The notes: generated by a model from the letters alone, not told the origin. Shown: positions 39,841 through 53,660, counted from the first letter of the whole stretch. The stretch is 63,138 nucleotides of DNA, filler included, from Reticulomyxa filosa (GCA_000512085.1; 17 parts of 17 records of this genome joined end to end with filler, not necessarily neighbours in it); one strand, 5' to 3'. Translations and numbers: made by a program.

Positions 39841-41515
39841 CTATCGAACATCCTCAGGAATTGTACTATTTTCATTAACCTCTTGAAATATTGCGCCCAT
39901 AACTAACAAATCTTTGGCCAAGTATTTTCTTTCTTTCGACAAAGTGGTGGTGTCAGAAGATGAAACGGTGGCGTGGCCAAGTTCAGTGTCAGATGTGACA
40001 TCCGAAGTCTTTTCAATTGGTATTTTTTTTTCGGCACATTCCCATTGATACACCAAATCCATATATATTTTTTCGGCCGAATGAGTGTCGGTGGGTGCCA
40101 AGCCGATTAAATCACGCATACATTTTGCGATAGTGCCATAGGCTTTTGCTTGTGGATGATCAGTCCATGACTCATCTCCGTTGTCATCGATTCCAGGAGG
40201 TTCGACGGCGGAGTCGATGTGGACATCCTCTTCTTCGTGGATCGGATGTTCGCCGCCTGTTGGATCAGGCATTGCGTTTGTAGAATTGTTGGCCTTATTC
40301 TTTTGCAGAGATTTGTCTTTATCGCTTCGATTCCAAGCATTGCCAGTACTGACGGTATTGTTTTTGGATTGATACTTGGTCGATCCGTCTTTGGCATTCC
40401 GTGTTGCCACTCGATTGCCATTGGCGTCCTTGTCTTTGTCTTTATTTCGATTCCTCCAATCGCTTTGTTGTTCGGAATAAGTGCCTTCGTTCATGTTCGC
40501 CATGTCCAACTCAACGTGAGATAAATCATTTTTCGAATTAAAGCCGGGAGGTGGACCATCACTAGAGGTTTTGTGATGGAAATTGGACGAAAATGATTGC
40601 ATCTGTGGGGATACCCCATAAATCTCATACGCTGCGTTTTCTTCTTGTTTGTTGTTACTTCTCGGAGGACTTACAGATGACGAAGAGGAGGTCAATGAAC
40701 CGGCTACGTTCGTTTCGACCATTCGACGAGGATGGCTTTGTTGTTGATCGTCACTGTGACTACTCACAGCCGTTCGGTAATTGCGTTGCTGTGATTGGTT
40801 TTCTTTTTTTATTATTTTTTTATTTCTCACTTTTGTTTACACGTCTATGTTTCATTATGAAAAGAAAAAAATTTTTTTTTTTTTTTTGGTTTGGTCTTTT
40901 CACAAATGAGAACTGTAAGGCTGACTACGATATTGTTTATTGCTATTATCACCACTAGGGTTGCCACGTTGACTCTGTGAATTTCCAATTCAAATTACAT
41001 AAAAAATAAAAAAAAAAAAAAGCAAAAACACACACCAAACATAATTAGAAGAACACAATGTGCACTTGTATGCGTTTTTTTCCCTTCTCTCTCTCTCTAC
41101 TGTTCTTCTCTCTTGTCCATAAGGCGTATACAAAACAAACATACATACGCACACTGTGACCCATAATGGCACGGTAGAAATGGAACAGAAAGAGAGCAAC
41201 AAGAAATAAATGCGGGTAAAAAAAACAAGTATACGTAACATCAGCGGACGAGGCTGTATTATTGTGGCCTGAAACGGGATTCGTGATTAAATTTGTACTG
41301 TCTCTGTTGTTATTTGGGTGATTTTTTTTTCCGACATTATTTGGATTAGTCGTCTTGTTACCACTGATGTTATCTTTTTCATTTTCACTTAGCGTATTGT
41401 TGTCGTTCTCGTTATTATTGGGGTCGCTGCTGTTCGTTCCATTTTTGGGACGATAAGAACGCTTATTCTTATTCCCATTTTGATTGTTTGGATATTTACG
41501 ATTTGTTGTGCTCAT
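39841..41515 (-). CDS. Asn/Ser-rich low-complexity protein, 3 exons seen, probably 3'-truncated
   Basis: ATG 41515 (MSTTNRKYPNNQNG..SSAD|SQRGNP..QPY|..NQSQQRNY..); ~320-aa third exon with a helical end. Confidence 0.65.
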
Positions 41516-42786
41516 TGTCAATGTTCGCTCACACTGACAAGGCTTGAATTGGCTATCAATGTCCAGACACAAAAAACCAAACCGTCGTTTTTTTTCATTC
41601 ACCACTGATACGCATATTATCACTACAGCTTTCTTCTCACTTTTTGTTTGTTTGTTGTTTTCTCAAAACTGTTAATGGAAAACTCGACTATTTGACCTAT
41701 GTGATATGAAGACGCTGAAAAAATAATTTTTAAAAAAGCGTTTCACAAATTTGATAAGTAAAAGAGCTTTCGCTGTTGCTTGTGTATCAAGAAAGGCTCG
41801 CTATAAAAAAAATATTTTTTCTTTCGTGCTCGTACCTGCAGACTATCGGTCACATTCACTAGTTTACCATTCAATATAACATACAGAACTACGATCGCGT
41901 AGTAGTGAAAATAACCCATAAGTGACTATAACATTTCATTTTCTTAATCAAAACTTTTCTTTTTTTTTTTTGAAGCATGATTTTTTTAGATGTTTTCATT
42001 TTTGTTTCACTGTTCTCTTCTCTAAAAAAGGAAAAATCCAAGCTCCCTCGTAATACAATGTTTTCATTGACATTTTGATATAATTTTATTTGACAAAACA
42101 AGCATAAAACACAGCACTATATACATTGTCAGCCAAACTAAAAAAATTTCTATTTACAATCGACAGCTAAAAAAAAGATCACCATAAAATGAACCTATGA
42201 ACATTCATCATGAAAAATCAACATTTATTTAAAATTCTTTTTTTGGATAATGTATACGCATCGTAGGAATCCAAAAGTGTATTTGATTTTTAATAAAAGT
42301 GTAGAAAACCGTATAAAAATTGTTCAATTTCAAATTAATATTGTATGTTATCGTTAGTTGAAATTTTGTAGAATTGAAATTTGAATATGTGTTATATAAT
42401 ATCTTTTAATTGACTTGGTTTTGAAAAGATATTTTGGTTTTAAAGTAAAAAGGCTATGCATATGATGTTAGCCACCAATCACAATTTGCAAATACAAGCA
42501 AGCACAAGAAGTAATGTTACATCGCTTCATCTTTGAAGAAAGAACGAACACACATTATATGACATAAAATTATGGCAGTTGTGATTGCTCCCCAAGTAAA
42601 GATTAGGTTTCCGTGAAATTACAAAGAAAAAGCCATTTGTTTAAGGCTCGAAAAATTGATACTAAAAAAGCAAAAAAAAAGCAAAAAACAGAAAGCTGAG
42701 TAAATGGATTTGTTGACTCAAAAAAAACAGATGATATCTACACCTATCACCAAAAAAAAAAAAAAAAAACAACCGAGAATGTGCGA

Positions 42787-45779
42787 TTAAATCATATCAT
42801 AATTTCGAAACATAGAAGAGACAATAATATCTTGAACTTCACGCATGACATCTTCAACATTTTCCCGGTTGGTGGCATTGGTGACATGAACATAAATCAT
42901 TTTGGATTCAATATTTTGATTTTGAAGCAAAAATAAATTGGTGAGAAACTGAATGCTGCAGTCATAGCAATATTCAAACCAAGCCTCGTCCGCAAGGTAG
43001 TCAATTTTCATATCACCGTCAATGTCAACCAAATTACTTTGAGCGCTCTTTGTGCGCTTGATTTTGGATTGTTTTATATGTTTCGTTGGGTTTTCACGGC
43101 CTTGTTCATCATCTTCATGGAAGGAGACAGGATGGTGATGAGGTGTAGGCGGCGAAGACAATGTAAGTGCGGTGGGATTAGTCAACTCATTGTCAATGCG
43201 TGGAGTCACAGTGGGAGATGACACGACAGCAAATAACAAATCACTTTCATTGGGTTTTGTTGATTGCAGTGGCTCCACTCTTTGTGAAGAGTCATTGATT
43301 TTGGAAGGCTGTTGTTGATTTTGAGATTTGTACAAAATGCTATTTTTTTTATTAAAATATTGTCGTTGCAACCACTCTTTGCGTGCTCGACGATCCGCGT
43401 ACCGCGGACCATTATATTTTTTCCCATTCCAAACTTGTCCAAAGGCATTTTTATTGCGACCATTTGTATTGACCGCATTACTAGCATTATTGTCTTGCCG
43501 ATTGGCTTGTTCTTCTGTTGGCATTTCGTTGGTGCCATCTGGGGCCACCTTCAAAGACTTGACTTCTAATTTCTTGATCGCGTTGTCAATGACCAACAAA
43601 GACGTATAGCCATTCAGCGCCTTCTCCACCTGCACTCTCAGCTCTTGTTCTTTCCAATGATACAGCGCGCAAAAATCGACTTCCAATGCTTTGTCGTGTT
43701 GTCCCAATTCCTGTGTCAACACAGCCTTTTGGTCCGTCTTGTCCTCTTCCTTGTTGTTGCCTTCCTCCATGCCAAAGCAGACATCCAAGTCAATTTTGTC
43801 TCGAAGTCTCTCACGAAACAGGTCGCATTTGTTTAAAAACAACATCACTTCGCTGCGTTTAAAGTATTTGTTGTTACAAATTTCCTCAAATAATTCTATG
43901 CTTTCGTGCAGTGCTATTGTTTCACACCACACACACACATACACCATATATCATACATATATATATAAGCGAAAGTATTGATAGTTATACGTATGGATAT
44001 ATTGGACAGCACACATGTTAATTTACAGAGCTACCATTTTTGCTTTGATCCTCAAATAAAACTTGACAGTAATGATTCAGTGCAGCGATAAAAATGACAG
44101 CATTGACATTTTCGAATTGATAAATCCATTTTTTGCGTTCGTTTCGTTCTCCGCCAAAGTCATAGAAGCGAAACCACACATTGGTTTGAACAGAATACGA
44201 CGCGTCCACGACGCCGGTGGTCCGAATATAGCGCTTTAACAAATCCATTGACTTTGGGGAATAATCGCTGGAGAATACCTTTTCAGCTTGGTCATAAAAG
44301 TAGCCCATGTTATCGGGCAAGAAGAGTTCATATTGTCCTTGATTGGCAAATGAAATAATATTGTTAATGTATGTCTTATGTCTCAAAAAAAAATAAAAAA
44401 AGGGAAATACCTCTGTTTTTATATAAATATTGAATTGCAGGCAATTTCCATAGTCTCGCAATAGCACAGCCGAGCTTGTGATGATTCGGCTTGGCGTGTT
44501 GCTTGTGTGAGATGGGTTTGGGATTGGCGTCTGGAAGAGAGTGATAATGGCGATCATATTTCGCTGCGTCGATTGTCGTTGTGTGAATGTCAGTGCCAGC
44601 AGTCGCAGCAACAGAAGAGCCGTTGAAATCATCGTCAAAGTTGTACGAAGAATGGCGAAGTAACAACTCCACGTCTTTCAGCATTTGCTTTTGTCGATAC
44701 GCCCATTTGGATTGAATCTTGTCTTTGGACTCCCTTTGGTTTGTGTACGACAACTCGGCATGTCCAGACAACTCATTCACCGACCACGTCTCGTCGTCTT
44801 TGTCTTTCGTCTCCACACTCGCTTCCGTCTCCACGTGGTACTCAATTTCAAAGTCGTCGTCCTCATCTTCTTCGTCCTCCTCGTGTCCAATTGGATTGTG
44901 GTCATGTGCAAGTGAGTTTGATTCCATCAGTGCCAATTTGCTTTTCAAATCTTTATACACATGCATATACATATATTATATATATACATATACATACATA
45001 TATTATATATGTACATATACATATACATATATGCATTTATGAAACCAAACTCAGATAATCATTCCCGTGAATCAAAATACAACACTGTTTATGCAACGTG
45101 GAATCGCTTTTGTACAATTGCAATGATTTTGAAGGATCGCCACGAGCACTTGAACACAGTTTTGTCGGATGGCAGCGATGCTTTCGGTCAGCTCGCGTGC
45201 ATCAATGATTTTGCCCAAGCCGATGGAGTTGCTGCGCAGTTCACCTGGAGACAACTCGTAGACTTCTTTCAATTGAGCAAACAGCGTCGATTTTCCAGAC
45301 GAACCCGTTCCTTTTTTTTTTTTTTTTTTTGGTAATGTTTTATCAAGTCGATTTGTATGCAGACAATCATCCAAGCAATAAACATAACATAACATAACAT
45401 ATTACATAATTATATCAATGCCTCCTTTTTCTATGGGTGTATTTGTTTGTTTGAATGGGCACAATAAATCTCGAACCTAACAAAAGTATTTTTTTGTGGA
45501 TTGGTTTGAGGAGTTCAGGACAATGAGTGGGACTGGCGCCCATTACAGTGTGACGTCGATGAAACTGATTTTCAATATTTGCATTGGCATTTGCATTCGT
45601 GCTTATATTGATATTGATACTTGTGTTACTATGTTTGTGTTTTGTTTCTTTCACTTGTCCGTGTTTCTTTTGCAGCTGATGTCGGGATAGACTCGTTTGC
45701 AATACACTGTCATCGACACTTGACATAAGTGGAACTCGACTTAAATTGGCGCCGCTTTTGTTCTGGAGTGCTGCTGTTG
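42787..45779 (-). CDS. Extra-large heterotrimeric G-protein alpha subunit, atypical; probably 5'-truncated
   Basis: KILLLG|TGSSGKST, YIRTTGV, YDFGGERNERKKW, AVIFIAAL, LHESIELFEEICNNKYF, LFLNKCDLF, IYVHVTNATN. One-base frameshift at 45127-45130. Confidence 0.92.
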
Positions 45780-48090
45780 NNNNNNNNNNNNNNNNNNNNN
45801 NNNNNNNNNNNNNNNNNNNNNNNTTAATTAATTAANNNNNNNNNNNNNNNNNNNNNNNNNNNNNNNNNNNNNNNNNNNNACATATTGTTTTATAAGATGC
45901 ACACAGTAATTTGCTACAAATAACAAGAATTATTAATAAAAATTTTCTTTTTCTTTAAAAAGTAAACTGTACGATAAAAAGGGCCCTTAGAAAGAAACTT
46001 CTCGTCTTCGTAATATGTTTATTTTTTAAGCTCACAACCAAAAAAAAGAAAAAAGTAACAAAAAAGGTAAAACATCTTTGAAAAGCAGTCTCTTAGAAAT
46101 TTTTTTCCTCCTTTACCACAGTAGAGCAAAAACTCCAAAGAATTTTAAATTATGCACTGAAAATCAAGAAAAGCAAAAACATAGTTTGAAAAAATATTAT
46201 ACTATGTTTTCGTCAACAAACATTATAGGGATAATTTGACCATTTTTTTGTTTCAGAGTGAGCAGTGGTGTTCTAAACACGTGGGTTCATTGCAGTCACT
46301 GTCACGTATCAAAGCAACACGAGTCTCTCGCATTAATGCAATTGAATTGTATAATATAGCACAAATAACAAGTTGTACTTTTTTTTACTTTATGATGTAC
46401 GCAGTGATTATCAAACCTCAGTCAATCAATTTTTTTATTGGCTTCTATTTATTCTTTTGATTTTTTCTTGATGCACGTTTCTATCCTTGAACGGTCGGGG
46501 TGATACTACGCGTTGTCGCGTTTGCCATCTGGGTGTTTTTTTCATACTTTGACAAATTGCGTGGTTTTCGCAACATATTCTAGGAACACGTTTCTTGGCA
46601 TTTCTTTGACGAGTGTTTTGTGGTCTGTCTTGGAAACGAAATGAAGTAAAGCGAGAGAGGTACACGTTGCCTGCAACGATAACTTCCTTTTTGTTTTTTT
46701 TGGTTTTCCACAATAACCACTCCTTTCTTAGCAATAGAATTTTTTGAAGCAGGAACGTAAAAACGATTACGAAGCTCAACCTTACGTTGAACAAGAAATT
46801 TTTGAAAAAAAACCAATAAACTCTTAATTTCAAGAACACTGAGCTTTACAAATCGACAATGATATACTCATGAAACAATNNNNNNNNNNNNNNNNNNNNN
46901 NNNNNNNNNNNNNNNNNNNNNNNTTAATTAATTAANNNNNNNNNNNNNNNNNNNNNNNNNNNNNNNNNNNNNNNNNNNNATTTTTGCTCCACTGTTAGAG
47001 ATTCTATGGAGTTCTTTTTTTTAAACTGTTTTTTTTTTTTACAAATAACAAAGTTATATTTGCTAATTTGATTCCCACTCCTGGAATGTTCAAAGAAATT
47101 ATGATTGAAGATGTACATGTTTTGACAATGTATCATTAGGTTGATTGTGTGTACATCTACCTGAGATTTTTCATCTATTTTCTTGTTTTCGGTACCAAAT
47201 ATTTTTCTCACTTACGATAATTCCATCCAAATTGAATCATTGATAACTTTTGTTTTTTTAGCGCTTTTTTACCAAAAACTTTTTTTATTAGATCATGTTT
47301 TTTTTGCCACTGTATTGTGACCAAATAAAGAAACAAGCCAAAAACTATTTCAAAACATTTCGAATTTAATACGATCATTAAAAAAAAAAAAAAAAAACAA
47401 AGAATAACAAACTAATACATACATTAACCTTTGAGAAACTTCGTTGTAACAATTGACTCCAACTGTTGTAATGATTTTTGTAATTTCACATACTGATTAC
47501 TATTAACCATCAATTTCGAGCGATGAACAAAAGATAATATTGTAGACTTATTTGTTATTGCGAAAATGGTGTATGATCGAATATCTGATTGATTTATTTG
47601 TTTATGAATAATTTCATGTATTATTCACTTTCGCAACAAATAAAAAAAAATTAATATCCTCACTTTGATTATGAAGATAGATATACAACGTCGACTGAAT
47701 GTTGCCAATTTCAGGAGAGACATAATAGAAAACGTATTTGTTTGGGCCGATGGTAGTACCTTTTTTTGAATGGTGTTGTTATTTCTGGTGTGTTGGGTTT
47801 GCACTGACTCTGTTCTTTCTTTTTCGGTAACTGTTGCAGTTTTGCAGAGAGTGCAATGAAGAAGGAATCCTCGAAAAGCGAGCTCCATGTTGTATACTTT
47901 GGACTGTTTGGTTGTTTGAAGAGAAGAGTCTAACCACCTTCGTAATGTTCAAGAGAACTTTTTCTAAAAAGGGAAAACTTTTTCTCTTCCNNNNNNNNNN
48001 NNNNNNNNNNNNNNNNNNNNNNNNNNNNNNNNNNTTAATTAATTAANNNNNNNNNNNNNNNNNNNNNNNNNNNNNNNNNNNNNNNNNNNN

Positions 48091-48962
48091 CGACTACAAA
48101 AGACATGACTCTTTACGACTTATGCAAGTTAAGTGTATGTATGTCTTCTCTTGATTTCCTTTGAAATAGGTTGCAAAATGTATTTGGATTGGGTGTGTTG
48201 TGTTGTGTGTGTGTGCATGTACGTACATGTGCGTTTGTTTATATGACAACACAAAAGGAAAACAAACCAACCAGTTAAATGTGCTCATATCTTGTCCATT
48301 TGCAATTGGGACAAATTACATTAGAAAAAATATTTGTATTTGTTTATACGTTTGTAACGTTGATTCACAATGAATGATCGATGAATAACAGCAACCCAAC
48401 AAAACGGCAGTGAGAGTGCAGCAGACATAAAAGAACAAACAGAAGTCTCGGACGAACCCATTTCTTCCGATCCTGAGCCAGTGCAGCCGGTCGCAGAGGT
48501 CAAGGCTGTGCCATCAGAGGCTTCGGCAGATGAAGTTGCAAAACCTGTTGAACATGACGAGTTCAAAGACAAAGAGCCTCATAACGATAACCCACAACCT
48601 TTGAAACGTCGTTCCAGTACATTAGCACAAAATTTTGCTGGGGTCTCTGCAGGCAAGTTTTATTCGTTTGCTTTGCCTTTCCCCTCTTTGTTTATACACT
48701 TTATATGCTCAAAGCTTAAATTGTGCATGTGTGCGTGATTGACTCATTACTCTCTTTGTTAACAGCGGAGGCGTATGAAACATTGATGACCTTTGTACTG
48801 AGACAATCAGAAGACTTGAGAGAGCAATTTTTAGATGTGTATGCCAGTCCCAAACTCAATCCCATTTTGCTGGCTTCATACTCTGAACTAAAACATATGG
48901 AAAAAGAAGAACAAGAACGTGTTTGGAATGCTCTCTTGACACGATGGAAAAGATTTATATAA
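48091..48962 (+). CDS. 3' part of a hypothetical protein (acidic linker + helical C-terminal domain)
   Basis: ..MTLYDLCK|LQNVFGL|ATQQNG..FAGVSA|AEAYETLMTF..WKRFI*; the last intron is probably GC-AG. Confidence 0.6.
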
Positions 48963-50743
48963 TCCTCGTTTGACTTTACTTTTATCACAAAAAAAAGCAA
49001 CTTGATCGGGTTTGCAAAATCCTTTTCACGATTTTGTCCATAACCACGAAAAAAAAAATCAAAAAGAATGTTGCTTTGTTGTACAGTTGTTGTGTCTTTT
49101 TGTTTACGGCCATATTTTTCTGTCCAGCTCTCTTCAATCTAAAACTATACTTCTTCGTAAAAACAAAATAACATCAACAAATTAACTATTTTTCAACATA
49201 GAAAATGCAAATGATTAACTGTAATCAAAAATTATAAATCATTTTTGTGATTTCATCACCTTTACACTAAAAAAGAAAAATAAAGGCATTCAGAGTTGTG
49301 CAGTGATGAAATCATTGGCAGAAATCACTATCTGGTTTTGTTCTAGTTCCAAGTTCTGGAAAATTTTTTTTTGATATTAACTTTGTCGAAGAAACTCAAA
49401 CAAACACAAAAAAAATGAATAAAAATGAACTATATTTTGCAAAAAGGAAGTACTGATAAAATGTTGGAGATTTTCACAGATGACAAAATTTGTCAAGGAT
49501 TATATAAAATTGGATCAGCGTTTACATTGAACAATTTCCACTGATATTATCGAAGTATTACAAATAACTTGCTTAAAAAAATTAGACCAAAACAAGAGCA
49601 AATTGACTCTATGTTTGAAATAAGCAACACAATTCTTAAGAAGTACAATTAGTTAAAAATTGTAATAATGAAAAATATTATAATTAAAAAATTCCAAATT
49701 ATTCTTTTTATAATTTGTGGAAATTTACAATTTTTAAAATTATTTTTAAAATGAAATCGAAATGCTTGTTAAACATGTTATTTTGATAATTTTTATTATA
49801 TGTTTTCAAATGATTTAAATAAATAATATTCGATTATCTATTGTTCAAATTGTGTTAAATCAGTAATATATGTATTGAATAGTATGATTATCTTTAAGAA
49901 ATTGACAAGAAAAAGTTGAAGAAATAGATCTTTTTGAAAAAAAAATGAGAAATAACTTTACATTGCTTAAAGAAAATGGTAAAAAAAAAACTCAAACTAA
50001 CATGTCAACAATGGAAAAAAGAAATTAAATAAAACATTTGTTACAAGTGAAAACGAAATTTCAATGATATCATTAGCACAAAAAATGTTTGTTACAAGAC
50101 GAACGTGGAAGCATCAAACATACAATTCAATCAAAATGTTCAACAAATGTATCACCTTCATTCTTCTGAACGAATCAATAACAAATTCCAATTTACATCA
50201 TAATATTTTATATTATGGTTGGACAATTTCCCAAATGAGAATAATATAATTATCTTGTAAGAAATGTATTGTAATTCTTTAGTCTTTTTTCTTACGCTTG
50301 TTATTGANNNNNNNNNNNNNNNNNNNNNNNNNNNNNNNNNNNNNNNNNNNNTTAATTAATTAANNNNNNNNNNNNNNNNNNNNNNNNNNNNNNNNNNNNN
50401 NNNNNNNTGTGTGAATTTTTCGTGACTGCAAAGCAATAACAAGAGTGATGATTAAGTAAGAAAGAATGATGAAACTATTCATATTTGTTATGCGCTGTTT
50501 TGATAAGCGTTCGTTTTTATTTCAGTGTATTTTAAGTGAAACGAAATCGGGTCATATACGTAAGGCATAGTGAGAATAAAACAAGTTGATGGCAATCTTA
50601 TTAAAACAAAAGAGAAAAAGAAATAATTTTGGATTTTGATAACTCGAAATGTGACTTGGGTTCTAACAATACTAGAAACAAGAACAAAACAGCCAAAAAA
50701 GGGGTGACTGACTTGTCCTCAAACTGCGCCAAGCCCAACGCTA

Positions 50744-51961
50744 TTGAGAGTGGACGTGTGTCGACCAGCAATTGAAGCTAACAAGTTGCGTCAAATAGAA
50801 ACGCCATGTTTGCTAATGAACCTGGACGATTTGGACACAAATCTGAAGGCAATGAACGACTGGCTTCACACAGCAAGCACTCAACAGCAACAAAGCGCAA
50901 AAGCGAATCATAATGTACGCATACGCTCTCACTTGAAATCGCACAACTGCAGTGCACTGAGTTTCTACCAGATGGAAAAACACAGCAAATATTGCGACAA
51001 CAAGTTGTGTGTGAGCAGTGTGTCTGACGCGGAAGTGTTAATGAATAGTGCAACGAGTTTTCGCAGCAATACGCGCATCGAAGAAATTTTGCTGACGGAT
51101 ATAATCATTGAAGTGCACAAGATACGTCGCGCATTGCAGTTGACAAAGCAGCGTTTCCAAAGCCATCAACTAAAGCTGTCTTTCGTCAGTGACGACCCGT
51201 TCCAAATCCACGTGTGGAACCACCTCATCACCCAACACCATCAAAGCCTCGTGCTTGCACCCAGCAATCCACCAAGATACCAAGCACCACCAATGCTCGG
51301 TTCGAGTCTCGGGGATTAACATAACATACTTTCACATTATTTCATAAAAGAGGACCAAACAATTTTTTTTTTTTAAATATATACGCATGTATAATATATA
51401 CATGTATATGTATATGTGCATATATATATATTATATATGTATGTATACATAGTTGTTATTTGTTTTGTGTGTGTGTGGAAAGGTGTATATATTGCGTTGA
51501 ATGATTTGCGCAAAACAAGTGAAAGTCCGATAGGCATTCAAGTGGAAAGTGCCACGGGAAAAACGAAGATGATTGAAATGCTACAGTTTTTGGTGAATGA
51601 GTGCAGACAGACTTTGTATTTGAAAGGGTTTGAGCTGTATGGGTTGGTGAGGGAAAGTGAAAGGGCCATCGAGTGGGCAAAGGCAATTGCGAAAGAGTAT
51701 TACTATGATTTGATCGGTCAAGACATTGGAGAACTCGTCATTGGGTCGGAAATTTACTCTTCTTTCGCAAATGAAGTTCAACCCAGTGAGTACTTGTTCA
51801 CGAGTCATGTCAATGCCTTGCATCTGTTGACCACGGTCTTGAACAATTATGAAAGAGAGGCGCCGTCCAATTCCAACTCGAAGACTCCGGTTAAATATGC
51901 TCTCAATGTCGTCGATGCTGGAAACCAAATATTGAAAACAAAGCCAAATGAACCGATCACC
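50744..51961 (+). CDS. Degenerate fold-type III PLP enzyme (D-threonine aldolase / D-serine dehydratase family), truncated
   Basis: IETPCLLMNLDDLDTNLKAM, RSHLKSH, CVSSVSDAEVL, EILLTD, LKGFELYG, EVQPSEYLF, ALHLLTTVL, VVDAG; one intron. Confidence 0.75.
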
Positions 51962-52724
51962 NNNNNNNNNNNNNNNNNNNNNNNNNNNNNNNNNNNNNNN
52001 NNNNNTTAATTAATTAANNNNNNNNNNNNNNNNNNNNNNNNNNNNNNNNNNNNNNNNNNNNTATAATGGCTAAGCACTCAATTTTAAAAAAAAAGCAAAG
52101 GAAGGCCAACGGTGTGTTTGGTTTGTTTCTACGACAAATAGAACTGAAGAAATCTCGAATGAAGTGCTTCCCAGAGCAAATCTAGAGCAACTGAAGACTT
52201 TTGCTTCTAGCTTTGGACAATGCTGTCCTAACTTGAAAATATATGCAAACTGATTGTCCTATACCTAATTCGAGTACGTAGAATACGAATATGTGCTTAT
52301 TTTTTTGTTAATATAATGGAGGGGCCCACATGCTGAACTTTTTGATCAAGTATAAATAATTTAGTTCAACTAAAATTGTGTATTTTTCGGATACTACCTT
52401 CTTTCAGCTTTTCAACCATAAACTTATTTTTTCCTACGATGAATACACGCTTATGAGAACGCGATCTTCAATAAAATGACATATTCGAGAATAAAATTTA
52501 TATGAAGAATAGTCAATAAAAATCTTTCGATGCCAAAAGATGCCCATTTGTTTTAGCTTTCCAACAGTGTGCTTGGTTTGTTTGTACGACAAACGCGCAA
52601 GACAACAACAACAGCACGGCTACTTTGCTCCAACATCTTTCAAAGTCTGATGTCGACAAACCAATTGAAACCAAAACAACAATAATAAAAACTACACCGC
52701 TTTCGTCATCGTCTTAATTTAACA

Positions 52725-53660
52725 TTGCAGAAAACAGACCTGTCGCCAACTATGTACCAACAAAACCGCCGTCTCCCCCTTAATAAAAGTTTTTATGTGA
52801 AAAGTGAAGAAAGCAGTAGGTGGCAAAACGTATTCGGAATGCGGATGATGGCCGAACAAACCAAGTCAATAACCATTGGCCAACGACAATACATTTTCAA
52901 GGCAGTCAAAAATACCATTGAAAAAACACTAACAAAACACAAGCACACAATACAGACCATGCACCAACCTCAAACTAAACAAGATGGTCCAAAGGTGACT
53001 TTAAAAATAATGTCATCGAATGAGACAGCGGGCACAACATCGTGGAAAAGAGTTTAATCATCAGAGGATTCTTTCGATGGAACGACCAATGGTTGCATCC
53101 GACGTATACGTGATCCGGACGAAGGAAATTTTTTGCGCATAAGGAAAGACCTTAAGTCACCATCCGATTACCACAAATTATCCAACTCTATATCCGAGTG
53201 GAAGAAGCAGCAAACGAGCATATAATGCGTTCACACTCGGAGAATTTGTTCCCCAATCGTTCAAAAGAGGACCCAGCACGTAAAACATTGGATCACAGGC
53301 TGAAAATACATCGATATTTGAGCGATTTTGGACCAAGAAATCAGCATATCGATTTCATTCGAGTCTCCCCCCAGCAATCAAAATTCGCGATTTGGACGAT
53401 GAACCTGTTGCCACCACAACACAACCGTATATAGAGAATGAGATACAAACATCCAAAGCAGATAATACCGTAATCAAAGACACGACAAATCTACCGGCAA
53501 TTGGAGGAACAATGCAAACGCACGAGCATCCTAATATAGAAAGAATGATGCCATTCGGAACAGATATTATTTAAACACACTAGATTTCTGGAACAAATAA
53601 AACCCACGTAATAGAGGCAGCACCACCCGATCCACCTTTGATCCAATCGCCAAACCGGCC
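52725..53660 (+). pseudogene. Decayed intronless coding-like segment of unknown family
   Basis: Higher GC than its flanks, with consecutive short co-oriented ORFs in shifting frames. Confidence 0.3.

Noticed and set aside
45880-47990. Short ORFs on two small contigs
   Set aside because: No recognisable motifs or consistent exon structure.
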